Source of the DNA: Antedon mediterranea
Lineage: Eukaryota; Animalia; Echinodermata
Reading direction: 5' to 3'
Assembly (NCBI RefSeq): GCF_964355755.1
Contig: NC_092680.1
Coordinates: 5,828,001 to 5,892,000, forward strand
Length of the DNA stretch: 64,000 nt
The translations under genes and the position numbers were made by a program. A model generated the notes under the pieces. The model was not told where the DNA came from. It did no database searches and saw only the letters and a list, made by a program, of their open reading frames with translations. This document shows, piece after piece, positions 24,355-37,157 of this stretch; position 1 is the first letter of the stretch, and the number at the start of each line of letters is the position of its first letter.

Positions 24355-24492
24355 AAGCTTGGTTGGTTCCCACTCTCGGACGACGTAAAGCGCAACGCAA
24401 GCGAGTTGACATATGGCATGATTTATGATCTATCGTGTCGTTATTGGTCCAATTAGTTGCGTTGCGCAGTCTCTTTGGTGGGAACCAACCTT
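24355..24492. mobile_element. MITE family B variant
   Basis: ggttggttcccac ... gtgggaaccaacc TIRs, with internal cgcaacgcaag / gttgcgttgcg. Confidence 0.6.
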
Positions 24493-24664
24493 TAGCGAAT
24501 AAAAGGTACTTGTGACTTTTTAAGCAGTTTTCAAAAAGATCCTTAATTTTCATGCTAAGTGAATAACTATGCAACCACTTAGCTACAGTAGCTTGCGTAA
24601 CCAATCTTTTAATTTTAATCAAACCTATTTTATTATTCTTTTTCTTTTAATCAGATAGTTTGAG

Positions 24665-27600
24665 ATGGAATTTCCGAAGTACAATTATCCATTGTCTTGG
24701 AGAAGAACTTCTGAGGACATCCCAAAACTTAGTGATGATTACGGTTGCTATGGAGCTGTTGCTTTTACAGAATCTGCATCTTCAAATGTAAATGACAATG
24801 ATAACTCGCAAACATCCAATTTTGCATTCAACTTTAAACGCAACCCTGGAAAACAAGAAAGGTGTCACTACACTGCCACGTCCACCAGTTTACCATTACT
24901 TCATCCAGAAGAAGGTACAGCATTTACAACCCAAGAGTCAGTAGTTGAATTAATATAGAAATTAATGACTACGTCAAGCATAAGTAAAGTACCGACAAGT
25001 CTGTTACTAACCTGTCTGCTAACCAGTATATAAATGTAATGAGTTGATTGGCCCAAGGGTTTTAAATGATGTGGAAGAACGTGACTTTTGACAACAAATG
25101 AGTTTTCTTGGCTTCTTGTATTTCTTATCGAAGTAATTATATTCATCTGTGATTCTGTTTTTTCTGAGATTTTCATGTAAATAAAACATTTCTTTACAAT
25201 AATAAAAGCCAAGAAACTCATTTGTTGTCATGAGTTCTCCCACAATAATGTAAGTCATTAAAAAAGTTACAAGATTTACACAGACATTTTTTACCCGGAA
25301 CTACCCTTTAAAAAAAAAGACTTCCATTGGCTGACACAACAGCCTTTATACCATTTTTATAGAATTTGATATCATTTCCTATGTTTCCGTATAATTTCAG
25401 ATCCGGGAATACCAGATGTAACAATAGAAGATCTATTTCAATATACATTAAGCTTTCGAAATAAAAACCAACCAGTAAGGAACAACCGAGCTGCTCAGCA
25501 GGTAACTAATATCATTCAAGTTATGTACTTATATATATTTTACTACACATAATCAAATATCGTATACTCTATCTAGTCTAACAATATATCAATCTTCTAT
25601 CGACTAAAGCCGAAGTATAGTCGTTATCTCGGGACCGTTCTATGGTCACCACCAGGTAGGCTTACTGTATCAAGGCTTTTATGAATGGATGACGAGTTGG
25701 GAGCAGGAACGCTAGTAGACCAAACCCAGTACCGTTTTGATTACGATCATGCGGGAAATTACCTCACAACATTTGTATAACCATAAGCAAATTGAAAGGT
25801 TGCAATCCATATAAGACGAGGGGAGTTGTTTTCTGTCATTTGTGGCCGAATCTGCTTTCAATTCAATAAATGTTTTTATATTCCTCATATTATTACTGTA
25901 CATTGTTATTTAAATGCAGAATATTGTGTATTTTAATGATATCACTTGTATTGATATTCTGTTATTTAATTTTAGGCTGCATATTTTTATAAAAATTACC
26001 CTGATATTGCATTTGACACAAGCGAAACCATTTTATCAGGGTGCTTTAGAACAGTTGGTGAAGGGCGTATTTATCAGGTAAATACTGTACTTCTTGTGTC
26101 TATACAAATGATATAAAGGCATATAAAATGTTAGTATGAATCGGTGTGAATTACAATTTTGTAAATTGTAAGTGTTTGTAGAACATGCATATTTACCATG
26201 CTAACAAGAGGTCTAATTAGCCTAGCTTATGACGTTGTTTGCCCCTTGGAAAAAGAGCAGAAAAGAGCCCTATTGTGGGCTTGCCCTCAATAAACATAAA
26301 ACTAATCTTTTTGTGCTTCACAGAAATATAAAAAGAAATACAGAAATTCAGTTGTACCTGTGAAGGTTGGTAATTTAGAGAAAGAAAATATGTACAGATT
26401 ATTAGGCGATGTACTGTCAGACATACCCATTGATTTAACACAGACATTACTACATGAAGAGATTGAATCATTATCAAAAAAAATCGTAAGTTTTATATTT
26501 ACAAATTCTGCTGTTATTGAGTTCTAAATAAAATAGATTATCCAAGTGAATAAAATATTTTTATATACAGCCACACTGTGTTGAAACACCGATTAAAACT
26601 ACATTGGGCCCGGTTGCGTTGTTCTGGATTAGAGTCGTCTGGGAATTGCGGCGGGTGCTGTATATACCAGAGAGTGATGATGTTATGATAATATTGGACT
26701 ACCATGTGATAGGCATGGGTTTGAGCCTATCTGTACCATACTGATTGCATCCTTAGGCAAGATGCTTTTCTCTCATTGCCTTGTCCTTTGGATGGGATTT
26801 AAAGCCGTTTGTCCCACTTACATGTAAATGTGCATGTTAAAGAACTTGGTACACTATTCGAAAAGAGTAAGGGATCGTCTGCCAGTTTGCTGATCTGGTA
26901 AGCTACCATGGGTCCATGGAGGACTTAATCCAAATTTCTTCAGTTTTCAGTTTAGCTTGAGGACCAAGAATAATACATTTAACATTTATGAATGAAAAAT
27001 ATTGTTTACAATATTTTATTTATCAAAGGTAAACAACCCATTATATTGTGGTGGGTGCATTGCATACCAACAAGTTCGCAAGAATGCTGGTGTAGTACTT
27101 GGTGTTTGTGGACCATCACTGGACATACTCAGTATCCTTTTTAATTTTTCATTTCCTCCAGCTACCAATTCAAGTAAACAATTATTACAGTATAGTCACT
27201 GTAGATATCTAAACACCATTCATTAAAAAAAATGAATTTGACTGGTTTTTGAGTAGATGTCCAAAGCTCTGTCTACACTATTAAACTAGTTTGACAAAAA
27301 AGCCCAAATATGGTGGTGATATGCCCAAATATGGTAGTGATATGGCATCATCATGTCCATATATGGGCACATCACAATTTGTTGTCACATAAAGTTTGAT
27401 AATGTAGACAGAGCTTTACATGCTTCTCCAAATAATTCCACTATCTTAATGAATACTAATAATAGGAAAATCCTAATTTTTTTTAATTAATTGAATGCTT
27501 AAAGGGAGATATATCAAGAGCGATTGGTGAATACTACCAGAGGGTGTTAGCTGGATTCCTACACATCTATCAACCCAAAACCTGCAACACTTTGTTCTTT

Positions 27601-30600
27601 GGGGTCATCCTCTACACAGTATTTACCAAGACTAAAGTGTTAATGATTAAAATAATATTATTCCTTAAATGATGGATTTTAGAAATTCAACCAATATCAG
27701 TTAAAAGGGTGTCTTCAAAGAGGAAGCATGCTGATTTTGATCATGTGCCAACATCACATTCCTCTTTTCCGTCACACACACCATCCCAAGATGTCACATC
27801 TTTGAAGTCACCCACACCATCCCGAAGTGTCGCATCTTTCACGTCGCCTAAACCATTCCACACATCTTCAACTCTACCACTAGTATCTTCAACACCACTA
27901 TGGAAGACCTCTTTATCGCCATCTGTCAATTCTCAAAATACCTCACAGTCATCTTCTGATGATATTGCAAGACCTGCACCATCTAAACGCGGAGGTGCTG
28001 ATTATAGACTCTTAACAGAAAAAGAACCGCACTTAATAGCATTCCAGGGTGTCATCAGGCAAATCACATCTACTAAAGCATCGTTTCAAGGTAAACCTGC
28101 TTTTCAATTCCTATAGTTTCTGTTGACAATTTATTTAAAATAAGTTGTTTTGCTGAAGAAAATAATAAAATCACTTTATATATATTTTGATGGAGTCTAA
28201 ATTTGTACAAATACAATTTTTGGAAACTAGTTAATAAATAAATATGTACATTTGTTGTTATATGTACTGTACAGAGTTTTGTGGACACTATTGTAATAAC
28301 ATTGGTTTACCAGGTAAATTAAACAACACTATTTTCAGTGGTATTGTTCTAGAGAAGTATAACAAGCCTTATCTCCTTGTCTCTCCATATTTTTATTGAA
28401 GTATATCAAGTACTTTTCTTGATACTTAGTGGCGCAACAGCTATTTATTTTATTTAATTTATTTTATTCATTTCGGCAATAAACATAAAATAATAATTAC
28501 AAAAAAAAAACCATAGAAATATGTATATATATATATGAAATACAAGACACGAAGCCGAGGAAAGACAAAAGCATTAAACAAAACGCTGACACCGGTAAGG
28601 TGTGTCTCTCCAACACAAACATTACAAATAACAAGAATATATACTAAAATAGTAGACATATCATTTCATTTAAAAAGTTAAAAAGTTTCTCTCCGACATT
28701 TAAAATATAGCTTTAGAGATAATTTAAAATTAATAAATGAACCATTAACAAAAATAAATTGCGAATCTCATTGGGTATGGAATTCCAAGTTCTAGTGAAT
28801 CTGGTCGGGATGCAAAATTTTGACATATCATTACTGGAGCGAAGATGCTTGAAAGTGAGAGTATCATGACGATTATTAACTATGAGTAAATTATAAATAA
28901 TAGATCTTTGATGATAAAGTAAAACATTGCAAACAAATAGAACAGTATAACAATCTCTAATAGCGATTGTGGATGGGATATCAAGAGTGTCTATATAAAG
29001 TGTGATATGGCCAAATATGGTAGATATAGCAGTGTGTCAATGCTATGAGTGCTCATTGGCTAAACCCAGTTTAAGCAGTGCCCTGAATCATCAAAATATG
29101 TCAAAAAAGGCTAAAAACTCCCGACCTCCAGCGTTCCAGGGTTCTATAACAAGGGGCCTAAGGCATCTGCGTTACGCCACAGATTTCTCATCTTTTAGAG
29201 CTTCTCGAATCTATTAAATAAGAATTAATATTACTTCTGAAAGGATATATATTATGTGTTACAAGTATTATTTTTCACCGTTTCTTCTTATTTTCAGAGC
29301 TTGTTTACGTGGGTATAAGAACGGATTATCACTGCTACATTTTAACAATTGAAAGCAATAGCGATGACCTGAAGTTTCAGATATTGCACACTGTGAAATT
29401 TCAACATCAACTCACATTTATTGCATTAAGGTATGCTACCATTTCTTAAGCCCTGTCTATCAAACTTTATGTGACAAAAAATGTGATGGGCCCATATATG
29501 GACATGATGATGTCATATCAACTATTTGGGCATATAACTACCATATTTGGCCATATCACACTTTTTTTTTTCAAACTAGTTTGATAGTGTAGACAGAGCT
29601 TTAGAGATTTAAATGTATTGAATCATAAAGTGGTGTAAACTGAATTGTCCAGAGAAAAAGTGTTTTCACTTGGCACATCACTCTGAGTACAATATGATAA
29701 AATTGATGCCAAATATAGCATTTATAATTGTTATTCATTGTATTATATTGTTAATGGCACTCACACCGGCGCCTTATGTTGTATTTCTTATAGCACCACA
29801 GTATCCCATCTCTTCAACACGCAACTCAAAATAATACTGTTAAATTACCCTGCTTCTGATAATAATAATAGTTCATTCTTATATAGCGCATTATAAGGAA
29901 ACTCTCAATGCACTGTACATAAATTAAAATAGACGAGAAGTGGGAATAATTTAAAGATATATTAGTACATATGAACCAAAATGCATAATTGTTTATGCTT
30001 TCTTACAGTCCCTTTATTCATGGTGAGTGTGTTATAACATTAGAAAATGGTGGAGTTGATTTAATCACTGAGTCAGGGTAAGATTAACTATTTTTGACAA
30101 TTTCATCAGCTACTGTATAGTTTTAGATGCATTTACTCAATCATAGCATATTTATGTTTTTCATCAAAATTGACATTGTGACAATAACATTATTTAACAA
30201 ACCACTAACTTAAAGCTCAGGTACAGGCATGAATTTTAAATATAATATTTGGTTAATTGTACATAAATCAAATATTTGTAACAGAAATCAAGACAAAAAA
30301 ACATGAATTCCCCTTAATATGGTCAAATACAAAATTTGGCAAAATTATTCCATAAAAACCAGGAAGACATTTTTTCAGTAGTTAGGTAGTTAACCTAATG
30401 TAATAACATGTCTGGTGACTCCCTAGACGGTAAAAAAAGATGGTGGATATACGGTTGATAATTTTTGCTATAGCATGAAAATAAAAATCTGAAGTTGAAT
30501 AAAAATATCAGAAATGTAATATTCAAGTTATATTACCTATATTTAGTCATCTGATAAAATTTTTTACCACACCGTTTATTTTTCATAGCTTTTTAAAATG

Positions 30601-33600
30601 CCTCTCTATTTACAAAATTTGTGTACAAAAGAATAGAGATTTTACTGTGTAATTTGAACTATCCCCCCACTGATAAGAAAGTGCTTATTTTCAACAAGCT
30701 CGTGTAACACAAATAAAATCCCAAAAATTATGAAACATAGGGGAAACTATAGATCGATAATTATTGGAATGTATGATCAATAGAAATTTTTTGCCCGCAC
30801 CTGGCCTTTAAGCCACACTAAAATTATAAATACGATATCATTAACCCCAAATGGTAGTAATAATTGTTTATTTTATAGTATTTTTCTTCCTTGTTTTTTA
30901 GTGTAGAGACTCAGATTTCACCTGTATTTGAGGGATTTACTGGTTCTGTGTGGAGGCAATGTCACTTTGGTAGTCATGCCAGGCTGATAGTATCAACAGA
31001 ACATAAAAAAATTGATCTAATAGATACAAAGGTGTGTAAAACAATACCATAAATCAAAGGTTTTATAATAATAAAGAGTGGCATTAGTAGGTGACATTAT
31101 TCAGCAAGGTGTATATATCACAGCGTTATTATAATAATAATAATATCTTGGATTTATAAAGCGCTTAGTGTTGTGAAACCTCTAAAGCGCTGTCACACAT
31201 ATTATCTTGGTAATTTTTGGATCAAACATGTATGGAAACGTACCCCCATAATGCAGCTAGTAATCAGCACAAAGTTGTGCCTTGAGCTTTACCAGATACC
31301 CATTTGTACACCTGGGTGGAGAGAGGCTTTTATTACATGCAACATTTCTACTCTTTTTACAGAACTATTTCTTGCGTTTAGCTTGGTAGCTTAGTAGCTT
31401 GTTTTTGTATTTCTAGGATACTGGACACCTGAAAGAAACAAATTTGTTCCAATTGCCAAGCAAGCATTTGACAACGTTGGAAGACATCTTGGTTTCTAGG
31501 CAGCATCCTAACAACTACTTCTTTCATTTTGTCGCTACTCATCACCAACTCTTGATGTTTGATGAGAGGTTGCCACAAGTACCAGTAAGGCTTCCAAAAA
31601 ATAATATTCTATAGTTATTCTATAAGTAGTTTTTGATTTGCAATCAATCCCTTGAAAATAGTTCATTTACCACGATGTGGCGAATTAATTCCTCCGTAAC
31701 TTACCATAGCACCACCTCAATTTAATGAAGTGGCGTAAGAGACTGATGGTTCGTATCAGAATCTTCCCTCCCTCTTCTTCTTTAAATGTTTCTTGAATTC
31801 AATAGTACTTTCAGCTTCTACAATGTTGGCAGGAAGTGTGTTCCAAACATTTATTATCCTTTGTGAAAAAAAATGCCGCCTACAGTTCAAACGGGCCAAT
31901 GTTTTATTTAGTTTCCAGCTGTGGCCTCTAGTAACTGAACCAATAGACAAATCAAAAAGTAAATCTCTATTAATATCCTCTTTTCCTCTTCAAATTGTGT
32001 ATGTTTCAATTAGGTCCCATCTGGTTCTTCTCTCCTCCAATGTTGTCAGATCAAATGCCATGTCAGGGACATTAGAGCGTGCTTCGTCACTACATTCCTT
32101 AAAACAAGTATTCTAGGTCCATGGGAGAACAAATGATACAAAATGCGCAGGTCCCGGCTGGTCAAAAATCCAACACTCTGTCCTATACAGTGAAAAATAT
32201 ATTAAAGATGCCAGGTGAACAACTGAAAGTTATTTAAATAAAATTGGACACAATTAAACTTCTTTTTTTTTAGATATTAGAGTGGAACCATTTATTGACA
32301 ACACCTCCAAACTACATCGATGTCTTTGCACCAGTAAACAAGGATCATGTGGTAATGGTAGCTTCTTATGCTTCCAATGAAGCTCACTGCTTCCAGTTTA
32401 AAGGTACCATTCGTCTTCTTTGTTTCTTTGTAATTTCCTTGTTGATTTATGTTATGTCATTTTGGTTTTAGTGTATTTTTTTATTCTTTAAGTGAAGAAA
32501 GCCAAACCTCCAAGTGTTGTTGGTCCTGGTTGGAAAATAGCGACTATCAGGTAAGTTAATTAAACTGCGACACAGTGCTAGCAATTTTTTATCGATCTGA
32601 TGATAATGATTTATTGATTGATCAATGATTCTTGTTAGCGTACCACAAACATGCTTGATTTCAACTTTAACGTGTCAGTCGGTTTGTTTGTTCTCCCTAG
32701 GGGTTGGTTCTCTCTTCTACCATCCCTACCATCAGCAAGCCATGTGTATGAAGCAGCAAGGCAGAGACTTGAGAAACCATTTATTGGTGTTTGTATTATT
32801 GGACATCAGTCAAGTAAACACTCGGGATTCACAACTCTTATGGTAATTCAAATAAAAATACACGACAAATGATTGTTCCCCGGAAAAATTAATTAAAACC
32901 TTTAATGTCATATAATAGTTATTCAATTTCACCAAAAATGTAATATTTATACCAATGTTAAGATTCCAGTTTAGTATAGATTTAATAGTAACAGTTTCAT
33001 TAATATCTATATTATTATTTTTAGCTTCCACCAATATCTATATCAGTGTCTGAATTAATTAAATTACTTTTTTCATCTAGTCCAATTCCCTTGGTGATGT
33101 CTTTTACCAAACGTACATATCAACCCATCACAGACCAGCATTGGATAAAACACTGAATGTGGGACCTGGTTGTCCAGAATTTAAACTCAACAAAGCTGAA
33201 TTAAAGAGGTGTTATGATTGGCTAAATGCTCTTACCCTTGACTATGAGAAAAACCCAATAGATGATGGATGCCTTGTTGATGCAAAGAAAATAGATGCAT
33301 CAGATTTATGTGAAGGTAAAATAATGCAATAATAATGATAACATTTGTGAGGTAAAATCAAAAACCATAAATAATTATTATTATAAACAATTTTTTATTA
33401 ATATTATAATCATAACAATAATTAAATAAGTATAAAATAATTGATTAACCAATTTATGACAGTCTAATCAATATACAAGATCATTACATCCAACTGCCAG
33501 CATCATTTGAATATACACTAATATAATCAAACATCGTATACCCTATCTCAAACAAATAATATCTACTATCAACTAAAGCCAAAGTATAGTCACCACCAGG

Positions 33601-34853
33601 TAGGCTTGCTTGATCAACACTTCTATGAATGGATGACTAGTTGGGAGCAAAAACACTAGTAGACCAACCCCAGTATCGTTTTGATTGATTACTTTTATTT
33701 TACATGTATTTTGTATTAGAGGTGTGCATGGAGTTGGAGCCTGACCCTGGATGTCCCTTCTGCTGCAAAGAACCAACAACAAGCAGGTATGGTCACATGT
33801 CACCATTGAATTGTCCAGCATGTGGCCTCAATCCAGACGTCTCATTTAATCTCTTAGAGAAGTATAATACAGAATCTTGTATCCTAACCAAAAAAAGTCT
33901 GGGAATGTCTGATGCTGAGGAAGAAGAGGAAATAATTGGAGATGACCTGGATGTTGAACTAAAAGGCTTGGATACAGATGAAGTTGGACAGGCGCTGTTA
34001 AGGGCATGGAAAGCATCAGCAACAGATATTGAGGTAGGTAACAGCTATACAATTAGGCGGATCAGAGAGTGTTTAGTGAATTTTGAAAATTACAATAAAA
34101 AAGATAGGAAATTAGATTAAGTTTAGTACAGAACTTGATTTTAAAATATTTAGGACCATGTCATCCCTATACTAATGACTGCATATCGATCAATTTATTT
34201 GGAATTACACATTTACACCAGTGGCACACACAACATGTTTACCGCCACAATACATAAAAATGTGATTAATATGGTGAAATACTACAGCTAATTAATATTA
34301 ATATGAATAGTAATAAACAACAACATGATAACTCTATTAAATTGTACAGATGCTAGAGACATAAGGCCCCCCTCCCCCTCAGGCGTTTTAATGCATGTTT
34401 TTTTCCTCTGGGAAACCTCTAGGGCCCCTGGGTTTAGCCTGTAAGCACTCATAGCCGTTATGCCACTGGATGCTAGGTGAATATACACAACACACTAATT
34501 AAAAATGTCTTTAAAATTGTGCTTATTCTAAAGTTTTTTCAAACAGTATATTTCAGTTGTTTGTGTAACTGATTTTGATCTCAAATTCACAGCCAAACGA
34601 TATAGGTACAAATACACCGAAAAGACAACATACAGACTCACAAGGCAAGTCAGGGAGACCACCAAACACACCGAACCAAGATGTTACAGATAGTAGGAAT
34701 GTTAACCAGGAAGAAATTCCATTATCACAAGATCCCGCGTCACAGGAAAGCATCGACATGTTCAGTCAGTCTAACTCTCAATCCCAGACTATTAGACAAT
34801 CGGGAAGAAAACGAAAACGACCGGCAAAATTACGCGGAGTAATGGGATTTTAA
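24665..34853 (+). CDS. TAF1C: TATA-box binding protein-associated factor, RNA polymerase I subunit C
   Basis: 16 phase-consistent exons: 24665-24914, 25401-25501, 25976-26077, 26324-26485, 27029-27131, 27683-28090, 29298-29430, 30009-30077, 30902-31031, 31417-31584, 32274-32403, 32493-32550, 32701-32842, 33080-33315, 33720-34033, 34593-34853. Motifs LLHEEI, IRTDYHC, LSPFIHGE, WRQCHFGSHAR, DERLPQVPILEWNHLL, GDVFYQ and the C-terminal basic ...VMGF*. Confidence 0.85.
25595..25745. repeat. Dispersed repeat; second copy at 33565-33690
   Basis: Shared gtcaccaccaggtaggctt...atgaatggatgac...tagtagacca...cgttttgatt. Confidence 0.65.
26660..26990 (+). mobile_element. Degenerate tRNA-derived SINE with a Deu/Nin/Meta-like central domain
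   Basis: tccttaggcaagatgc...ggatgggatttaaagccg...gttaaagaac...gtacactattcgaaaagagtaaggg; related to 57527-57860. Confidence 0.55.
27132..27682 (+). other. U12-type (minor spliceosome) GT-AG intron of TAF1C
   Basis: Donor GTATCCTTT at 27132, branch site TTCCTTAAA at 27661-27669 and AG at 27681-27682 with no pyrimidine tract; the frame is preserved across the junction. Confidence 0.88.
27265..27416. mobile_element. MITE family A (~150-170 bp palindromic, Harbinger-like TWA target), representative copy
   Basis: agctctgtctacacta...tgtagacagagct with internal atcactaccatatttggg repeats; 13 copies or fragments in the window. Confidence 0.85.
28440..28990 (-). mobile_element. LINE (L2-like) 3' fragment
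   Basis: Minus frame reads ...FTRTWNSIPNEIR...FKLSLKLYF, followed by UTR-like sequence and a (taaa)-rich tail near 28445-28467. Confidence 0.5.
29448..29601. mobile_element. MITE family A copy
   Basis: agccctgtcta...gtgtagacagagct. Confidence 0.8.
30214..30807. mobile_element. Kolobok-like non-autonomous element (TTAA target)
   Basis: ttaa|agctcaggtacaggca ... tgcccgcacctggcct|ttaa, imperfect TIRs. Confidence 0.6.
31128..31330 (-). mobile_element. SINE 3' fragment
   Basis: Minus-strand core gcctctctccacccaggtgtacaaatgggta, L2-like end agcgcttt...aagcgctttataaat, and a (tta)n tail. Confidence 0.5.
31750..32110 (-). mobile_element. CR1-like LINE 3' fragment
   Basis: TLEERRTRWDLIETYTI and TRGHSWKL...RRHFFSQRIINVWNTLP...FKKHL, the CR1 ORF2 C-terminus, disrupted. 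Confidence 0.8.
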
Positions 34854-36746
34854 TATTTTATATCTGTAAAGTACTTGCGTTGATTTCTATTGTATACTAT
34901 ATATATATGTACAGTAATTATGTAAAAGATATTGTAATGTTATTATTAATTATTATATATTCTAGGTTATTTTTATTTTTTTAGTAATGTGTTTTGTTGT
35001 GGGTCCCTACGAGACAAGTTTTTAACTTCTAGAAGGGATCCATGATAATAATGACTACCAATTACTGCTTTATCTATGTTCACTTTAATATCTTTTTTCT
35101 ATTTTATATATATTCATTCATTATTATCTAAATAAATATTATCTGAATCTGAATCTGAATCAGTATAATTTGGTGGGCGGGGAGGGTGGAAGCTTGGTTT
35201 ATCCAAATGTACTTGTAAGGTTTTAAACTGCATTTAAAACCTGCTTCAGGGTGGGTATATTCGCTAGTAATATTCTAAAGATACTGTACCAGTATTTTAA
35301 AAGTTTTGTTATTTTTTATGTTCTGACCCAATTGACAAGATGTTAGTTTTTATATATACCATAAATATAGTGTCTTATACAATTCAAATCAAGTATATAC
35401 AACTTCCATAATCATCTTAATTTAACATTTGATTCAGAATTAGTGATGAGACTTTTAATAATACACATTCTAATTCTGTGAAGGACAGCTCCTACACAAT
35501 CATTATCAGCGTATGTGTTTTGGTATATTGCAATGATATCGAATAAACTGGTGTTCTGTTTCATCTCTGGCCTTTAACAATATATGCTAAAGATGAAGTA
35601 AAGTCAGCACCTCCACAACTTTGTGTCTACAAGAGAATAGGGATGATGCAATTAAATGCAGGCCGGAATATTTTAATAGCTGATAACAATTTATATTTTA
35701 TCAGTTGAATGATTCACCCTCGCATGTCAATGACCTGAGTTGTCACATGACTGTTAAGATATTGAAGGTTTAAAAACTTTTGACATACACATTACAAACA
35801 ACACATTTCTTGAAAAACATTTATTACAATATATGGTTTCAAATTTATCATAAAATTTATCTTTTCTTATAGAATAATTATGAATATTTGAATTCAAAAA
35901 ATATTTTAAAAATTTGTTATTTTATTTTTTTTAAATTTAAAATGGAATGTTATATGAAATTGTCATATTTGTCAATTACACACAGCACATATAAATTCAT
36001 TATCCTTATTCAATGGTGCCACACTCATTTAAAATGTATGTACAGAGTTAATGGCAGTTACATACATGGTCCTAATACTACTCTATCTAAAGTTAATTCA
36101 TAGTACAGAGGTACTTTTTAAATCATACCCATACTAGTTTTAATCAATTGCAGAAAATTTAAATATTTTATTAACTAAATTAATTAGTTATTACAAAATA
36201 CAATTACATGTAAATCTTATTTTAAAATGCCACCACCAAACAAAATGTTGTCCAAATAATACTATGATGAAATTGTTGTGGCATGTACAAGGTTTTAATT
36301 ACTAAAATTAAGTAGGAGTTGCAGCAGCGTGCTATATTTCATTTATTTCTAGCCTCAAAATGCGTTCCACAGTCACCAAATGGCCGATTAGATATCATGG
36401 TTGTAACCATTTTATGAATCGGCTTGATTTCACCAGATCAAATTACAGTTAACTAATTGTTGGTGGCTGAACTGACCTAAATGTAAATTCATTTTATACA
36501 ATTTTAATAAAGCAGTTAAAATAATATTTGGGTAAGATTGCACAAATGTGATGACCATGTCGAGGTACTTCATAATCATTTGCCTGTGGTTCTCAACAAA
36601 TTCTTAGTGTAGATAACCTGATTGTAATTTATGAATAATCTTCAAGTTCATATTAGCATAGCGTTACGGTCAGATTTGGCCCACAGACGGCTAATTGAGA
36701 CCTTCATTGCATCATTTAGTATGGGCCTACCATATTACAGGTGTTA

Positions 36747-37157
36747 CTAAAACAGGGCCAAAATTTTCCTCTCAAGAAATTCATTATCTTCTATAGCTGT
36801 GATGCACTGTAATATTGCAGGCACTTCAATACCTCTAATTAACAACACAGGTATGACGTTTTCCAGACAGTTTTTCAATGAATTCGCCAACGCTGCGTTC
36901 ATTTTATAACTAAATGTTCCACAATCCCTTGTTGAATTTGAAATTAAAAGGAATATGTAACGTGATTTACACATAGCTGCTATCATCTGGTTGCATTTGT
37001 ATTCTCCAACTGTCTCGTCTCTACGATCAAAATAAACAGTTTTTTCATGGTCCTCAAGAAATTTTCTTATGTTATTTGCATCTTCATAATCATTGTCATG
37101 AAACCACAAGAGTACATCATATTGATAGTATGGTGGTGGGAGATCCACAGCTGCCAT
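36747..37157 (-). CDS. TIR-domain-only protein (136 aa, single coding exon), TICAM/adaptor-like
   Basis: Box1 YDVLLWFHDND, BB-loop DRRDETVG, IAAMCKSRYIFLLIS, ALANSL...NVIPVLL. A splice acceptor ttttcattccag lies just upstream of the ATG, implying 5' UTR exon(s) at ~37820-38560. Confidence 0.85.
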   Translation of the reverse strand: MAAVDLPPPYYQYDVLLWFHDNDYEDANNIRKFLEDHEKTVYFDRRDETVGEYKCNQMIAAMCKSRYIFLLISNSTRDCGTFSYKMNAALANSLKNCLENVIPVLLIRGIEVPAILQCITAIEDNEFLERKILALF

